From Eledone cirrhosa (lineage: Eukaryota): DNA of 64,000 bases. The notes under the pieces were generated by a model. The model did not search any database, was not told the origin of the DNA, and saw only the letters and a list, made by a program, of their open reading frames with translations. The DNA lies in contig OZ024741.1 of NCBI GenBank assembly GCA_964016885.1, positions 112,654,001 to 112,718,000 of the forward strand. Direction: 5' to 3'. Positions within the stretch are counted from its first letter, which is position 1. Each line of letters opens with the position of its first letter. Of the stretch, positions 1-13,267 are shown piece by piece. The translations under genes were made by a program, and so were the position numbers.

Positions 1-479
1 TTACCATCCATTATCCAGAGAAGCCCTGGGGTGGGGGCTGAGAGAGCAATCCGAGAATAGTTGTTGATGGCTGGTTGAGTTAATTTGAATGAATAAAAAG
101 AAAATGTCAAGGCTTAATATTTTTTATGTGTGTTGGGGGGGGGGGGGTACGTGTGTGAATATGTGTATGGTATATGTACGTGTGTGCATGAGTGTAAGTG
201 TGTACGTGAGTAAGGAAGTGAAAGGTGTGTGTAGTTGATCTGTAACGTTTCTTTGTTTATTTGTATGTTAAATGGCCACACAGAAGCTAGTAAGGAATGG
301 GCCTGCTGCTAGTATTGGCCTTGTCAAACTGGATGACTATTCCTAGCTATTAAGGGATTTTCATGTTGTTAGCATTAGTTGTGTCCACTCAGGCCAAGGA
401 TTAGGCATTCTTAGGGTAGGCAGCTGGGATGTTAGAACGATGGCGTAATTAGGTTGGACAAGTTAAATCAGCAATTGGT

Positions 480-1040
480 GCACTTCTTTCCATTCTATTA
501 TTAATGGCAGGATTTAGTCATTTGATCAAGAGGGCCTCTTTTATTTTCAGCGTGCCTTTACTGCATTCAGTAACCAAGACAGTGGTGGTTATTCTATTGT
601 CCCAGGTTCCACATTTGATGATGTGTATGCAAAAGGAAGAGGAGTTGGTGTTAATGTGTTCTTTAATTTGGAGATGTAATGATTGAAAAGTGCTGCCTAT
701 GGAGAATTTGTTGCACTTGTCACATTATAACTTATATACCACATAGGCACATAGGCAACAATTAATGTTGTGGATAGGGCAATTGGCTAGCGTGCATGTT
801 ATCTTCACTGGGGGGGGGGGTTGTCTTGTGGATAGGCATCTCCACAGGGAAAGTTCCAAGTGAGCTAGTCTGATATTGAGGCCCTCTCTCCAGATGGCTT
901 TGCATATGGTGCTGGTCGTTTCTTCGCTGAGGTGTGGGATCATGAGAAAACAACTATTGTTTGCATTGGTCTGGTCTTTGGGTCTGGTGTTTGGCTGTGG
1001 GGTGGAGAAGGAAGCTGGGTAGCCATTGATCTTTAACACC
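480..1040 (-). mobile_element. Degenerate Penelope-like element, C-terminal GIY-YIG endonuclease region
   Basis: Minus-strand translation NGYP...IPHLSEETT...CTLANCP...VVYKL*CDKCNKFSIGST...LHLQIKEH resembles the PLE thumb, Cys linker and GIY-YIG (VVY...YIGxT...RxxEH); in-frame stops. Confidence 0.7.
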
Positions 1041-1387
1041 CTGTGGAATCATCTGATATGGGTGACTCTATTTGTAATGTCGCTGCATCGGTTGCATATG
1101 TAAGCCATTTTGCTAAAGATGTACCCTCCTTTAGAGCTATTGGGGAGGGCAGATTTGTAGTGGACAAACAGGTCCCTGCTCGTCGCTTTGCAGTAGAAAT
1201 TGGTATGGATTTCACTGCTTAGCAGAGATGTCTAGTCTGAAGTTGAGCACTTATAATCTCATACACATTGTTAGGTTTCCAAATAATTAAACTTATTTCC
1301 TAGTTAAATTTGTATTTCTTATTCCACAATGCGTCGAGCAAACTTTGAAATTGATTTTTTTGATTGCCTGAAAGGCTCCCTATAGGT

Positions 1388-2692
1388 TGTCAAGTTTGTT
1401 ACCTGGCTTACCTAATCAACAGTGAGGAAAAATGCTCTGAATGTATAGTGGCTAGTATAAGAATGGGCTGGAAATAGTTTAGGGACCTAGTACTCTGCTG
1501 ACAACAAAGAACTTCTCTCTCAGAGTGAAGGGTAGAATATATGATACCTGTGCATGAACTGCAATGCTACATGACAGTTAGACATAGGTCTTGGCTGCAG
1601 AAGATCTGCATTGGTTAGAAAAGACTGAAGCGAGTATGCACCAGTGGCTGTGTAATGTCAGTGTGCTTGAACAATGCAGCATAACTGAACTGAGAGAAAA
1701 CTGGACATAAGAGAAAATTGATTTAGTGTGCAAGGGAGAAGACTGTGCTGTTATGGGAATATTATTCGTATGGAAGATAGCCGTTGCTTAAAGAAGTGCA
1801 GAGGAATCTCAATAGATGGGACTCATGGAAGAGGTAGACCAAGGGTGACGTAGGATGAAATGGTGAAGGCTGACATTAGGAAATTGAGTCTCACAACAGA
1901 GATTCCAAAGGGTTGGGAGGATTGGCAACATGCAGTACTAGAGAAGACTCACTTACTAGTATAAACATGTGAATATGATCTGCCCCCTTCCTTCCAACAT
2001 CACTACTTAGTAATTAATCCCACCATCATTGTAACTCCCATGCTCTAAGATCCTTCCTACCCCTTTTAAGTCCCAACACACCATTCATAGCGTTAGTATG
2101 TGTTCTCATCTTCAGTGTACCACATTCAATCTGGTATCACAACTTTTCACCTCCTCTCCCTTCTCTCATCAACCTGTCAACTCCTACCACATATCACCCG
2201 TTTAAACTCCACAACCCTTGTCATATGTCTATGACATCACACATCTCAGTTTCCCTTCACCCATATCACTCTCTTTACCTCCCTCCTACCTATTCCCTCT
2301 CATACATGGTTCACTTGGGACAAGTCATCATCCCACCTCCTATGGTAGAGAAGGCTCCTCAGTAAACTACCTCCCAAGTGTTGCCGTTCCGATAAATCGT
2401 TCCCCAGTACACTGTAAAGTTGTTGGTGATAGGAAAGGCAACCAGCCATAGAAAACATGCTAAGCAAAGGAGTTGGGAGGAATCTCCAGTTGTGTGAAAT
2501 ACTTGAGAACCTCCTAAGTGTTGGTGTCATGATGAAGCACATCCAGTACACTCTGTCGAGTATGAAAACCTATGTGAGATGCAGCACCTTACCATTTAAG
2601 AGATCAGTGGTTCTGGGTAAGTAGTAACTTGGTCTGTGATTACCAATATAATGCTTGCTAGCAAAGAAACAGACGTTAAATGATGATGATAA
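1388..2692 (+). mobile_element. Old degenerate RTE LINE 3' fragment (RT C-terminus, 3' UTR, (GAT)n tail)
   Basis: 1388-1952 aligns by eye with 9640-10200 of the RTE in this window (gtataagaatgggctgg, ggtagaccaagg, gagaagact); ends gacgttaaatgatgatgat. Confidence 0.75.
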
Positions 2693-2730
2693 TTACTTGT
2701 GTAGCATGAAAATTTAAAGGATTATAATTA

Positions 2731-3510
2731 AGATGTGGCGATATAAATGAAAAGTGTAGATTTATTGATGTATCTATAGAAAGGATATTTCTATATGTCT
2801 TAATATAAAAATAGATTCCAATATTTCACGATAGGCTAAAATTATCATGTTTCCAGTTTATTTTACTGTCAGTTTGTATGTCTAAGAAATGATAAATTAT
2901 AGTATTACCTTCTCTTATTCTTTTAGTTATTGAATTATTTACAGTCGATGAATAGGAAAAGGTGTCCATACAACAAATACTTGAGACGAGTTAACTAGCA
3001 TTTGGTCTATTTACTGCTTAGTAACAATCCATTGTGATGTTGTAATAGTCAAGTGGTTGGATGATATATCAGCCACTTGACTGAAGAATCAAGAGATTTT
3101 ATTCCATTATTGGTACTACCCCACTTAACTGGTATAAGAGAGATTATGAATAAATAGGAATCCACATGGAAGCAGCTCATGTCCACAAAGTTAAGATTGA
3201 ATCCTCTCCCATGTGGATAACATGGAACAGGATCACTGTAATTCTTATAAACAATTAGTATTTTTGAGATTGCAATATATTATAGAATATATTGTATTAT
3301 TAGTGCAGTTTTGATGTGTCGTAATATCACTGTAATTGGTATATATGGGAGAAAGTCATTGAGCATTAATTCAACTGGAAATATAAACTCTGCATGAAGA
3401 GTAGCAGAAAATTTGGAGTATGTAAAAAGAGAGATGATATCCAATATATAAGCAGTATGTAAGGCAGTCATATTATTCCCAGATGCACCCACTAAAACGA
3501 GGACTGTCAC
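2731..3510 (-). pseudogene. Decayed class A (rhodopsin-like) GPCR-like pseudogene
   Basis: Collinear minus-strand motifs: TM1-like VLVLVGASGNN, TM2-like ILDIISL, TM3-like YIAIS, TM5-like GVVPIME*NLLIL, TM6-like QMLVNSSQVFVVWTPFPIHRL (2942-3004), TM7-like YINKSTLFIYIATS (2731-2781); multiple stops and frameshifts. Confidence 0.45.
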
Positions 3511-4210
3511 TATTTATCATCATAGGTAGCAAATTTGTAATAATAGCTCAAATGAAGTATATAATCTCCATAGCAAGATAACTAACTATTCTATATATCA
3601 AATATGCCTTCACCCACTTAAGTAATATAAATCTGTTATGGTATCACTGTCACTTTAATATGCCATAAAAATCGCCATAATGTTAATGTAATAATACCAA
3701 TATCATTTTGACATCATAGAAAGTTATTGGAGGACATTAAGCAAAAATAAAATTAATTAATTTATAATGAATGCTATTTACTTGTCTACATTTAAGAGAT
3801 TCTATGGTTATTGTAAAAGAACTGGTATGATTCTATTAGAAGCAAAAGTAAAACAATAGCAAAGGTAGATAATTACTGATAGAATATCTACCAAGAATTC
3901 TATGAAATTTTCAACATTCAGAAGCATGCATTGTCTTTTCTACAGTTTCTTTCCTTCCTTTCTCCTCTCCTTTCTTCTTCATTACATTGTAATGGTTTAT
4001 AGAAAACCTTTGGTGTGGAATAATACAAGATTACCTTATTTCTTCTCTATATTTATCATGATAGCAGCTTTTCAGACAATATCAGCATATGAATCAGAAA
4101 TTTAGTTCTATTTCTTTTCACTAATCTATGGTTGTCTGTTAATGAAATGGTATTGGTATGCTGGAACATACATACATACAAACATATACACATATACACA
4201 CCTCGATATA

Positions 4211-5488
4211 CAGGGTGCGAACGATATTTGTTCGCAAGATTACTGTCTAGGAAAAAATAACACAGTAGTTTTATTTTTTAAGATTTATTTATCAAACTTG
4301 GGTCAGTTTGTCTTCATGACTTGTTCTTTCAATCTCACTCGATAAACCCGCCATTGGCTTTGATGACGGCCTCAAAGTGGCCTCGGAACCGGCTACAGGC
4401 CTTCGTCACTGTCCCCCGAGTTAGGCCCCTAAAGGCACTTGTGATCCTGGTCTTCAGATCGTCTTTCGTATTGCAGCTAGATCTGTTCATGTCTCATTCC
4501 ACTGTTGCAGTCAGGTGAGCTGGGAGGCCAGATGTCAGGTGAAGTGTGGTCGACGAAGTTCTCTGACAGCCAGGCTTGGGTCTTTCGGCTGGTATGGCAG
4601 GGCGCTGAGTCTTGCTGCCACACGTACGACCTACCTGCAGCTACCTGGTCGATCCAGGGCTTTACTACCTCACCCAGAACGCGGATGTAGCCATCGGTGT
4701 TCAGCTTGAGGCCCTCAGGGATGAAGTGAGGTGGCATGATGTCACCTTGACTGCTGACGACACCTAAGACCAATGTTGTTGCTGGAAACTTTGTCTGCAT
4801 GACTCTGGACACGCCTTTGGATGAGACAGTAAGCCACCTGTTGTTCTGGGAGTTGATCTTCTGGTCTTGGCAGAAGTTTTTCTTGGAGAAAAACCGCAGC
4901 ATGTCTGGCTCCAGTGCGTGTTTCAACTTGTTGATCAGCTTCTTTGCTTGCTTCAGTCACTTTTATTGCATCGCCTTTGACAGAAATTGTCCTTTCCTCA
5001 TCTTGTATGAAACGTAGCGAATGTATTGATGTACCACCAGCCTAATGAGCTTTACATCCACGCCTTTCTCCCTTGCAATGGCACGCATCGACTTGCTAGG
5101 TTATTTGTTGATGATATCCTGAACTTCAGCGACGAACACGGGCGTTCTGAAGGCATCAGATTGTTGATCATGTGTTTTCCTCTCTGATGTTGATTCTTAG
5201 TCGAATCCTGAATCTTCCAATTCCTTTTTGACCTTTTCCACCATTCTCCTGCTGACGCTGAGAAAGTCTGAAATTTCCTTATTTGTCCTCCCGGCGCGGA
5301 TTCCAAGAAGAACTCTGTGTCTCTTCCACAAATTTGGAGGTTCAAAATTATTCATAATCAATTATTCTGAAAATAAATAATGGAAATATAGTCACTGTTT
5401 TTATTAAGACAAGAGTGACAATGGAAGTAAAAAAAATTTGCATAAAATTAGCAGTTGAAAATTGCGAACAAATATCGTCCGCACCCAG
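4211..5488 (-). mobile_element. Tc1/mariner-superfamily DNA transposon, DD37D (maT)-type, inactive
   Basis: 27-bp TIRs CAGGGTGCGAACGATATTTGTTCGCAA (4211-4237) and 5462-5488 (25/27 match), TA on both flanks; minus-strand transposase QQDSAPCH...WPPSSPDCN; frameshifts and a deletion after SPDCN. Confidence 0.92.
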
Positions 5489-5817
5489 TATAATGCATGT
5501 AATAATTTATCTATATTTCTATATGTGTATATGTATGTGTATTTGTATAAGCAGATTGATGCTGGAGTTGGGTTTATAACACATAGATCTTAAACCAATC
5601 AGTTATGAAACCTATGTAACTGGTTGATAATCAGTAAAATGCTAATGTGAAACTTTGTCATGTAACAATTTATACATTCTACATTAGCATTGAGTGCATA
5701 TATTGGCACAACCCCTAGTAACCCACAAAGTTACCGAAATTATTGAATAAACCAATATAAATATATATATATACCTATATATATGTATTGAGAGAGAGGG
5801 AGAGAATATATATATAT

Positions 5818-6152
5818 AGTACCCGACCTCCCATGGGTACAAGCTGAAGCATATAGACAATATGCCCCCACACCCTCCCACTGTAAGGTGGTCGTGGACG
5901 TGCCATGGCAAAAAAGCACCCAGCCCACACTGTAAAGTAGACATGTAGGCGCCACGGAAAAAGCACCCAGCACTCACTGTAAATGAGGTTGGTGTTAGGA
6001 AGGGCATCCAGCTGTAGAAATCAAGCCAAAATCAGTTCCTGTATGAGCAAGGCATGGTCAGCCGACCAGACATTGCCCACAACAGGACAACCCGTCTAAC
6101 CCATGCTAGCATGGAAGAATGGACGTAAAGCGGTGATGATGATGATGATGAT
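5818..6152 (+). mobile_element. RTE LINE 3' UTR-only copy (UTR type B)
   Basis: Matches the 3' UTRs at 17030-17362 and 51762-52110; ccatgctagcatgg hairpin and (GAT)n tail. Confidence 0.85.
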
Positions 6153-7011
6153 ATACTGTATATATAAACACTTCTTTTTTCAAGATTTTGTATCTGAAAA
6201 CGTGTGTTGAAACAGATATTATACTTTGGGAGGGTCATGCTGCCAATAAAAATACACGCACCTTTTGGTTTTCACTTCAATATATTATAAATTTCTGGTT
6301 GGTTGGTTGGTTCGATAACCGGAAGGTTGTTTATATATTGTCAAAGCGCTTTCGTCCCATATTCTGTGACCTCAGTGATTGGTTTTTTATTTTGTCTCTC
6401 TTTTGTTCTGTCCTACACCATCTGGTTATCGAACCAGCCAGTCAGAATTCTCTCTCCTCTTTCTGTTCAAACCGGACATAACTGGCTGCTCATACTTATG
6501 TTAATGTATTGTTCTCAAAATAAATATCAAAATCTCATAGCTTCAATATAATGAGAAATAAAGCCTTTACCACAAATATATAATGTAAATGCTAAAGTGT
6601 TATGGCAATTTTCTTGATTATATATCGATCAATGTAGCAGTTTATCTGTCAGTCCATATCATTCTTAATGGAATCATAATGGTGTCATCATGTCTTGGTC
6701 TTGGTCATTTTAATCATTATGGTGCCGCCCATCTCTAGGTTTGTCCAGAGCCAATTTCTTCCAGATACAGTGAATATGGAAGAGAAGAAATGACTCCAGT
6801 ATTGGACTAGTAATTTATCGACTCCTAAATGAAGAGATGATATAAATACGACAAAGCATTCTATCTGCTGTCCTAATGTCTCAGCAAATTTGGCACCATT
6901 TAATTATCTATCAAGCCATTTATATATATATATGTATATATAAAAGTATATCCTGGGTTCAATCGGGGATAACTACAGTAAGTAAGGTACTCAATACATA
7001 GCACAGTATAA

Positions 7012-7141
7012 ATATTTAATATAGAAATGGCTTCTACAGGACTAGAACTGTTTCATTCGGGAGAAATCATCAAGGGTTCCTGATGATTTCTCTCGAATGA
7101 GACAGTTCTAGTCCAGTAGAAGCCATTTCTATATTAAATAT
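7012..7141. repeat. Fold-back palindrome (61-bp arms, 8-nt loop) containing a hammerhead-like core on each strand; likely inverted PLE pLTR fragment
   Basis: Arms 7012-7072 and 7081-7141 with 3 mismatches; CTGATGA-t-ttc-tctc-gaa-t-GAGAC on +, TTGATGA...GAAAC on -; flanked by (TA)n. Confidence 0.85.
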
Positions 7142-7749
7142 ATATATATAATGTTTATCTATACATCTATCTATCCACCCACCCATTTATCTATCTGTCT
7201 CTCTTCCCCTATCTCACTTTTTTCATTCCTTTATTTCTTTCATTCCATCATTGATACTGGAAGAATTGTTGTTGTCACAACTAAAGCAAACTATAACATA
7301 AACATACTAAACACACACATTAAACACTCATACTAAACATACACACATATTCAAAAATGTACAGAAGCACATACACGCTTACAATAGATACAAATTCATA
7401 TACTAAATAATATAGAACCACTCAATAATATTTACAAATATATATTCCTACACAAACACATACATTCAATTCAAGTGTGCTCAGACTTACTGACATACCT
7501 GAAAAAGAAAACAGGAAAAAAATCTGCCAAAAAGCTTCAAGTGGTCTTTCCTGCAAGTCAGTATCTGTGTTGGGAAAAACATTGGTGTGAGGTCATATTC
7601 CTTGTTCATTTGATTTATGGTCTCTTGCTCTTACGTCTTGTGACTATCCACTTACCCCTACCAAGTGCTAAGAGCATATTTTTTTTTCACAGAATGAATT
7701 GTCTAGTTTATATATAAAGATGTATTGGAATTAACTGGTTCCCCCTTCT

Positions 7750-8090
<341 letters not shown>

Positions 8091-8096
<6 letters not shown>

Positions 8097-10211
8097 GCGA
8101 CAGACGAGGTCTGTGGCTGGAGCAGGCCTGTAGGCAGGAGGAGAGTAACATGGTGGTGGAACAGTAAGGTGGAGGGGTCAATTAAGGCCAAAAAGCAGGC
8201 TTGGAAAGTATGGCGGGATGGGGGAAGTAGAGAGGACTATCAAGTGGCCAGGAGGGAAGCTAGGAGACAAGTGTACTTAGCAAGAAGGGAAGCTGAGGAA
8301 AGAAAGTTCAAGCATGTTCTACAACGCGATGACCAAAAACGTGAGGTGTTCAGGATTGCTAGGCAATGCGTCAAGGAAAACCGTGATATTGTCGGGGAGA
8401 AGTGTGTACTAAACGACGATGGCACACTTGCCATCACCGACGCTGATAAGAAGGTAGCTTGGAAGTGTCACTATGAAAGGCTTCTAAATGAGGAGAATAA
8501 TTGGGAGAAAGGCAGTCTCCCCCATATCGACCCAATAGAGGGACCAGCAGTGTTAGTCGAGGGGAGTATAATAAGTAAGGCAATCAAGGATATGAAGACT
8601 GGTAAGGCGGCTGGGCCTTCGGAAATAGTTGCTGAGATGCTGAAGGCATCTGGCACGGTGGGACACACCATGGTCACCCGCATAGTTAACCAAGTCGTAC
8701 AGAATGGGGTTGTTCCGAAGGACTGGCATAGCAGCATCATCGTTAACTGTTATAAGGGTAAAGGAAACGCCCTAGATAGGAGTAACTATAGAGGCATTAA
8801 ATTAATCGACCAGGTCATGAAGGTCACGGAAAGAGTAATAGCGCAACTAATCAGAGAGAGAATTGACCTAGATGAAATGCAGTTCGGGTTTGTGTCAGGC
8901 AAAAGTACCACAGACGCTCTTTTCATAGTACGACAACTACAGGAGAAGTACCTAGCTAAAGGTAAACCCCTCTACTTAGCTTTTGTCGACTTGGAGAAAG
9001 CCTTCGACAGAGTCCCCCGCTCCATTATCTGGTGGGCTCTTAGAAAACTAGGCGTTGACGAATGGCTTGTGAGGGCTATACAAGCCATGTATAAAGAAAC
9101 AGTCAGCAAGGTTAGAATTAACAACGAATATAGTGAAGAGTTTAGCGTAAAAGTTGGCGTCCATCAGGGCTCTGTTCTCAGTCCACTACTATTTATTATT
9201 GCCCTTCAGGCTATAACAGAGGAGTTCAAGACAGGCTGCCCATGGGAACTCCTATACGCAGACGACCTGACACTCATAGCGGAATCAATGGCCGAGCTAG
9301 AGAAGAAATTCCAAACATGGAAGCACGGCCTAGAGTCAAAAGGACTTAAAATTAACCTGGCTAAGACCAAAGTACTAGTTTGTAGGAAAGAAAACAAGGC
9401 GGCGGTCCCTTCTGGGAAATGGTCGTGCTCGGTGTGTAGGAAAGGCGTAGGTAGAAACTCCATTTTATGTCCTAAATGCAAAGTATGGGTGCATAAAAGA
9501 TGTAGTGGGATCACAGGTAAGCTAACTAAGAACATAGATTTTACATGTGGCCGGTGCTCTGGTGCAATAAGTAGCAGCAAGTGCCCACAAACTACTAGCT
9601 CTTTCAATTGCGCAGAGGGTTCTATAGAAATAGTGGACAGCTTCCGTTACCTGGGCGATAAAATCAGCAGTGGGGGAGGGTGCTCTGAAAGTACTGTAGC
9701 TAGAGTCAGAACTGGTTGGAAAAAGTTCAGAGAGCTTATACCACTATTAGCTGCTAAAGGGTTCTCACTAAAAATGAAAGGCAGGTTGTACGATGCCTGC
9801 ATACGAACAGCAATGCTGCATGGCAGTGAGACCTGGGCATTGTGTGCAGAGGATATACGCAGACTAGAGAGGAACGAAGCTTGCATGCTCCGCTGGATGT
9901 GTAACAGTAATATACGTGAACGGCAAAGCATAAACGAACTAAGGAAAAAATTAGAGATAAGAGGGATCAGATGTTGTTTACTCGAGAGAAGGCTACGTTG
10001 GTATGGACACGTGATGCGCATGAAAGTCGATAGCTGTATAACAAAGTGCAGGGCAATAAAGATAGACGGTAGTCACGGAATAGGCAGACCTAGAAAAACC
10101 TGGGACGAGCTGATAAACTCCGACATCACACACTTACACCTCTCCAAGACAATGTCACTGGACCGAGACCTTTGGCGGTACTCAGTAACAGAGAAGACCC
10201 GCCTTACCTAA
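8091..10211 (+). CDS. RTE reverse transcriptase (N-terminally truncated) with C4HC3 PHD-like finger
   Basis: Motifs [44 protein letters not shown] (9255-9266), [20 protein letters not shown]; the ATG at 8091 is microsatellite-derived, so the start is not native. Confidence 0.85.
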
Positions 10212-10609
10212 ATATATAGTAAAACCTACTCCAGCCAGTAGGCATCTCTAACAAAATACACCCCGTCCCACCACCACCACCCCCACCCGATCCACACCAC
10301 CCCGTTGTATGTAAAGTTATGTTGGTGCCGCGCCATCGAGGCCGAAACAAATGAGATCGTGTAGGTGTCACGACAAAAAACACACAGTCCACGCTGTAAT
10401 GTGGCCGTGTAGGCAACACGGTAAAAACCTCCCAGACCCACACTGTAAATGTGGTTGGTGTTAGGAAGGGCATCCAACTGTAGAAAACCTGCCAGACAGT
10501 CCTATGCGAGCAAGACAATCACTCTTGCCTCAAGTGGGACTACCCCCGTCCAAACCCATGCAAGCGTGGAACACGGACGTTAAACGTTGATGATGATGAT
10601 GATGATGAT
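8091..10609 (+). mobile_element. RTE-clade (BovB-like) non-LTR retrotransposon, 5'-truncated, young copy
   Basis: Uninterrupted RT frame, 3' UTR 10212-10587 (type A), (GAT)n tail; no APE endonuclease domain present; begins in a (TA)n tract. Confidence 0.95.
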
Positions 10610-11046
10610 ATATATATATAATGTGTGTGTGTAATATTCCTGCTTTTACTTTTCTGTTTCTGTTGCTAACAGTGGTTGTAAAGTGAAAACATAAATCAAA
10701 AGAAAATATTTTGGGGTTATATATTTCTGTGTACATAAGTATACATATATATGTATATATATATATGTGTGTGTTTCCCATTTTCTACCTCTGAATATAT
10801 ATATATACACTCTCTATGTAGCTATGAATGTTTTTATCTGCTTTAACCCCCTTCACCACCACACACACACATGTATGTATGTATATATAGTATGTGTTTA
10901 CCTGTGTGTGTGTATTTGCATGTATGTGTGTGAGTATTTTCAAGCTAGTCACCTGACAATGTCATAATTTCAAGAAAATAATTCACGATTAAATGTATTT
11001 GCCAATTTTTCTACTTTTTACTATTCTATTTTTTGTTTAATATATA

Positions 11047-11081
<35 letters not shown>

Positions 11082-11510
11082 ACATATATTTGTGTGTGTT
11101 GTGATGATAGTATACATTTTTGCAAAAACAAAGTAAATAAATGAATAAATAAATAAAAAAATTAAACAAGCCAAGAAAGAATTTAACTAACTAAATATAT
11201 AAAACCCCTGGATCTTATTTATTGCAAGTATGAATGCTATAAATTGAAATATTACACAATGGTCTTCTACAAAGACTGAACATCATTTTCTTTTCTTATA
11301 ATTTGCTAGTGCCAAAAATAAAATTGCAGCAGTCTCATTTCTTAAAATAAATTTAAAAAAAGTTAATCTATTAATAACTTATTTTTAAACATTTTAAATG
11401 AAAATTAGTAACAATGACAACATGAATAACAAAAACATAAATGATGATGGTGATAATAATAATAATCAGTAACAAAAAATTAATACTAATAATATTATCA
11501 ATAATAATAA

Positions 11511-12440
11511 TTGTTTCTATATTTGGCACAAGGCCAGCAATAATCCAGTGTATTACTGGTACTTATTTTATCGACCCCGTAGGATGAAAGGCAAAGTTGA
11601 CCTCGGCAGGAATTGAACTCAGACTGTAAAGGGTCGTAACTCTATGCTGAAAAGCATGGCGTCCGACCTTCTACCGATACTGCCAATCTACCACCATATT
11701 ATCAATAATAATAATTGTTTCTACTTTAGGCACAAGGCCAGCAATAACCCAGTGCATTACTGGTACTTTATTTTATCGACCCCGTAAGGATGAAAGGTGA
11801 AGTTAACCTCGGCGGGATTTGAACTCAGTCCGTAAAGGGACGTAACTATGCTGCAAAGCATGGCGTTATACCCTCTACCAATACTACTAATCCACCACCA
11901 ATTAATAATTGTTTCTACTATTGGCACAAGGCCAGCAATTTACCAGTACATTACTGGTACTTTATTTTATTGACCCTGTAAGGATGAAAAGTGAAGTTAA
12001 TCTCGGCAGGATTTGAACTCAGAACGGCTATGGTTTCTGATTTAGGCACAAGGTCAACAATTTTGGGGGAGGGGAAAGTCGATTAAATTGACCACAGTAT
12101 GTTACTGGAACTTTATTTTATTGACCCCGTAAGGATGAAAGGCAAAGTTAACCCTGGTGAGACTTAAACTCAGACCATAAAGGGCCATAACTTTATGCCA
12201 CAAAGCATGGTGTCCTATGCTCTCAATATTATGCTCTTAATATTAATAATAATTGTTGCTACTTTTGGCACAAGGCCAGCAATTACCCTAATGCTTTACT
12301 GGTGCTTTATTTTATCGACCCCATAAGGATGAAAGGCAAAGTTAACCACAGTGGGATTTAAACTCAGATCGTAAAGGGCCGTAACTCTATGCTGCAAAAC
12401 ATGGTATCCGACCCTCCACCAATACTGCTAATCCACTATA
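11511..12440 (-). mobile_element. Tandem array of about 5 tRNA-derived SINE copies (family A, about 185 bp), minus orientation
   Basis: Repeated unit ggcacaaggccagc...tttatcgaccccgtaaggatgaaaggcaaagtt...gaactcag; on - strand A box TGGCAGTATTGG and B box GAGTTCAAATCC; (AAT)n spacers. Confidence 0.9.
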
Positions 12441-12528
12441 GCCACAAGGGTTTGCTCATAGAAATACTTTAAACATTATAAACGTAGGAGTTACATTATA
12501 TGTGTGTCTGAATAAACAATGTTATATT

Positions 12529-12897
12529 TTGGCAGTATCGATAGAGCGTCAGACACCATGTTTTGCAGCATAGTTATGGCCCTTTGTGTTCTGAGTTCAA
12601 ATCCGCCGAGGTTAACTTTGCCTTTCATCCTTACGAGGTCGATAAAATAAAGTACCAGTGGTGCACTGGGGTAATCGCTGGCCTTGTGCCCAAAGTAGAA
12701 ACTCTAAGGGTGGTGGATTGGCAGTATTGGTAGAGGGTCGGACGCCATGCTTTGACATATAGAGTTACGGCCCTTGCCATTCTGAGTTCAAATCCCGCCA
12801 AAGCTTAACTTTGCCTTTCATCCTTACGGGGTCGATAAAATAAAGTACCAGTAATGCACTGGATAATTGCTGGCCTTGTGCTTAACGTAGAAACAGT
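12529..12897 (+). mobile_element. Two tandem SINE family A copies, plus orientation
   Basis: ggtggtggattggcagtattgg...gagttcaaatccc...gcctttcatccttacggggtcgataaaataaagtacc; reverse complement of the 11511-12440 units. Confidence 0.9.
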
Positions 12898-13267
12898 TAT
12901 ATAAAAATGGCCTTCTGGCTTAATACAGACTTTAGACTTACGGCCTGCCCGCCCAGCCAGTGGGATGGTGTCATCGTATGGCTAAAAAAGCAACGTGCTG
13001 TGACCAGTGGCACCGAATGGTGCTCGACAGACTGTTCGGTCAAGGTAATATAAAAATGGAGGTAGTGGTAAGCATGTTATACGATAGATAGGGTAATTTG
13101 ATAAAATATAAAGCAAGTATAAAATTATTATATAACACTCAATGATTAGCACAATATTTGATATAAAACATAAAACCATTTAGAGTTACCCACCCATACA
13201 CAAGTGAGAACCCACTAGAAAACTAGTCAGAACACCCAATATTCTTGCTCATCCACCAGGCATTTTG

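Noticed and set aside
11511-12440. CRISPR-like or tRNA-gene array
   Set aside because: Units are about 185-bp SINEs with no unique spacers and no complete cloverleaf; eukaryotic context, no cas genes
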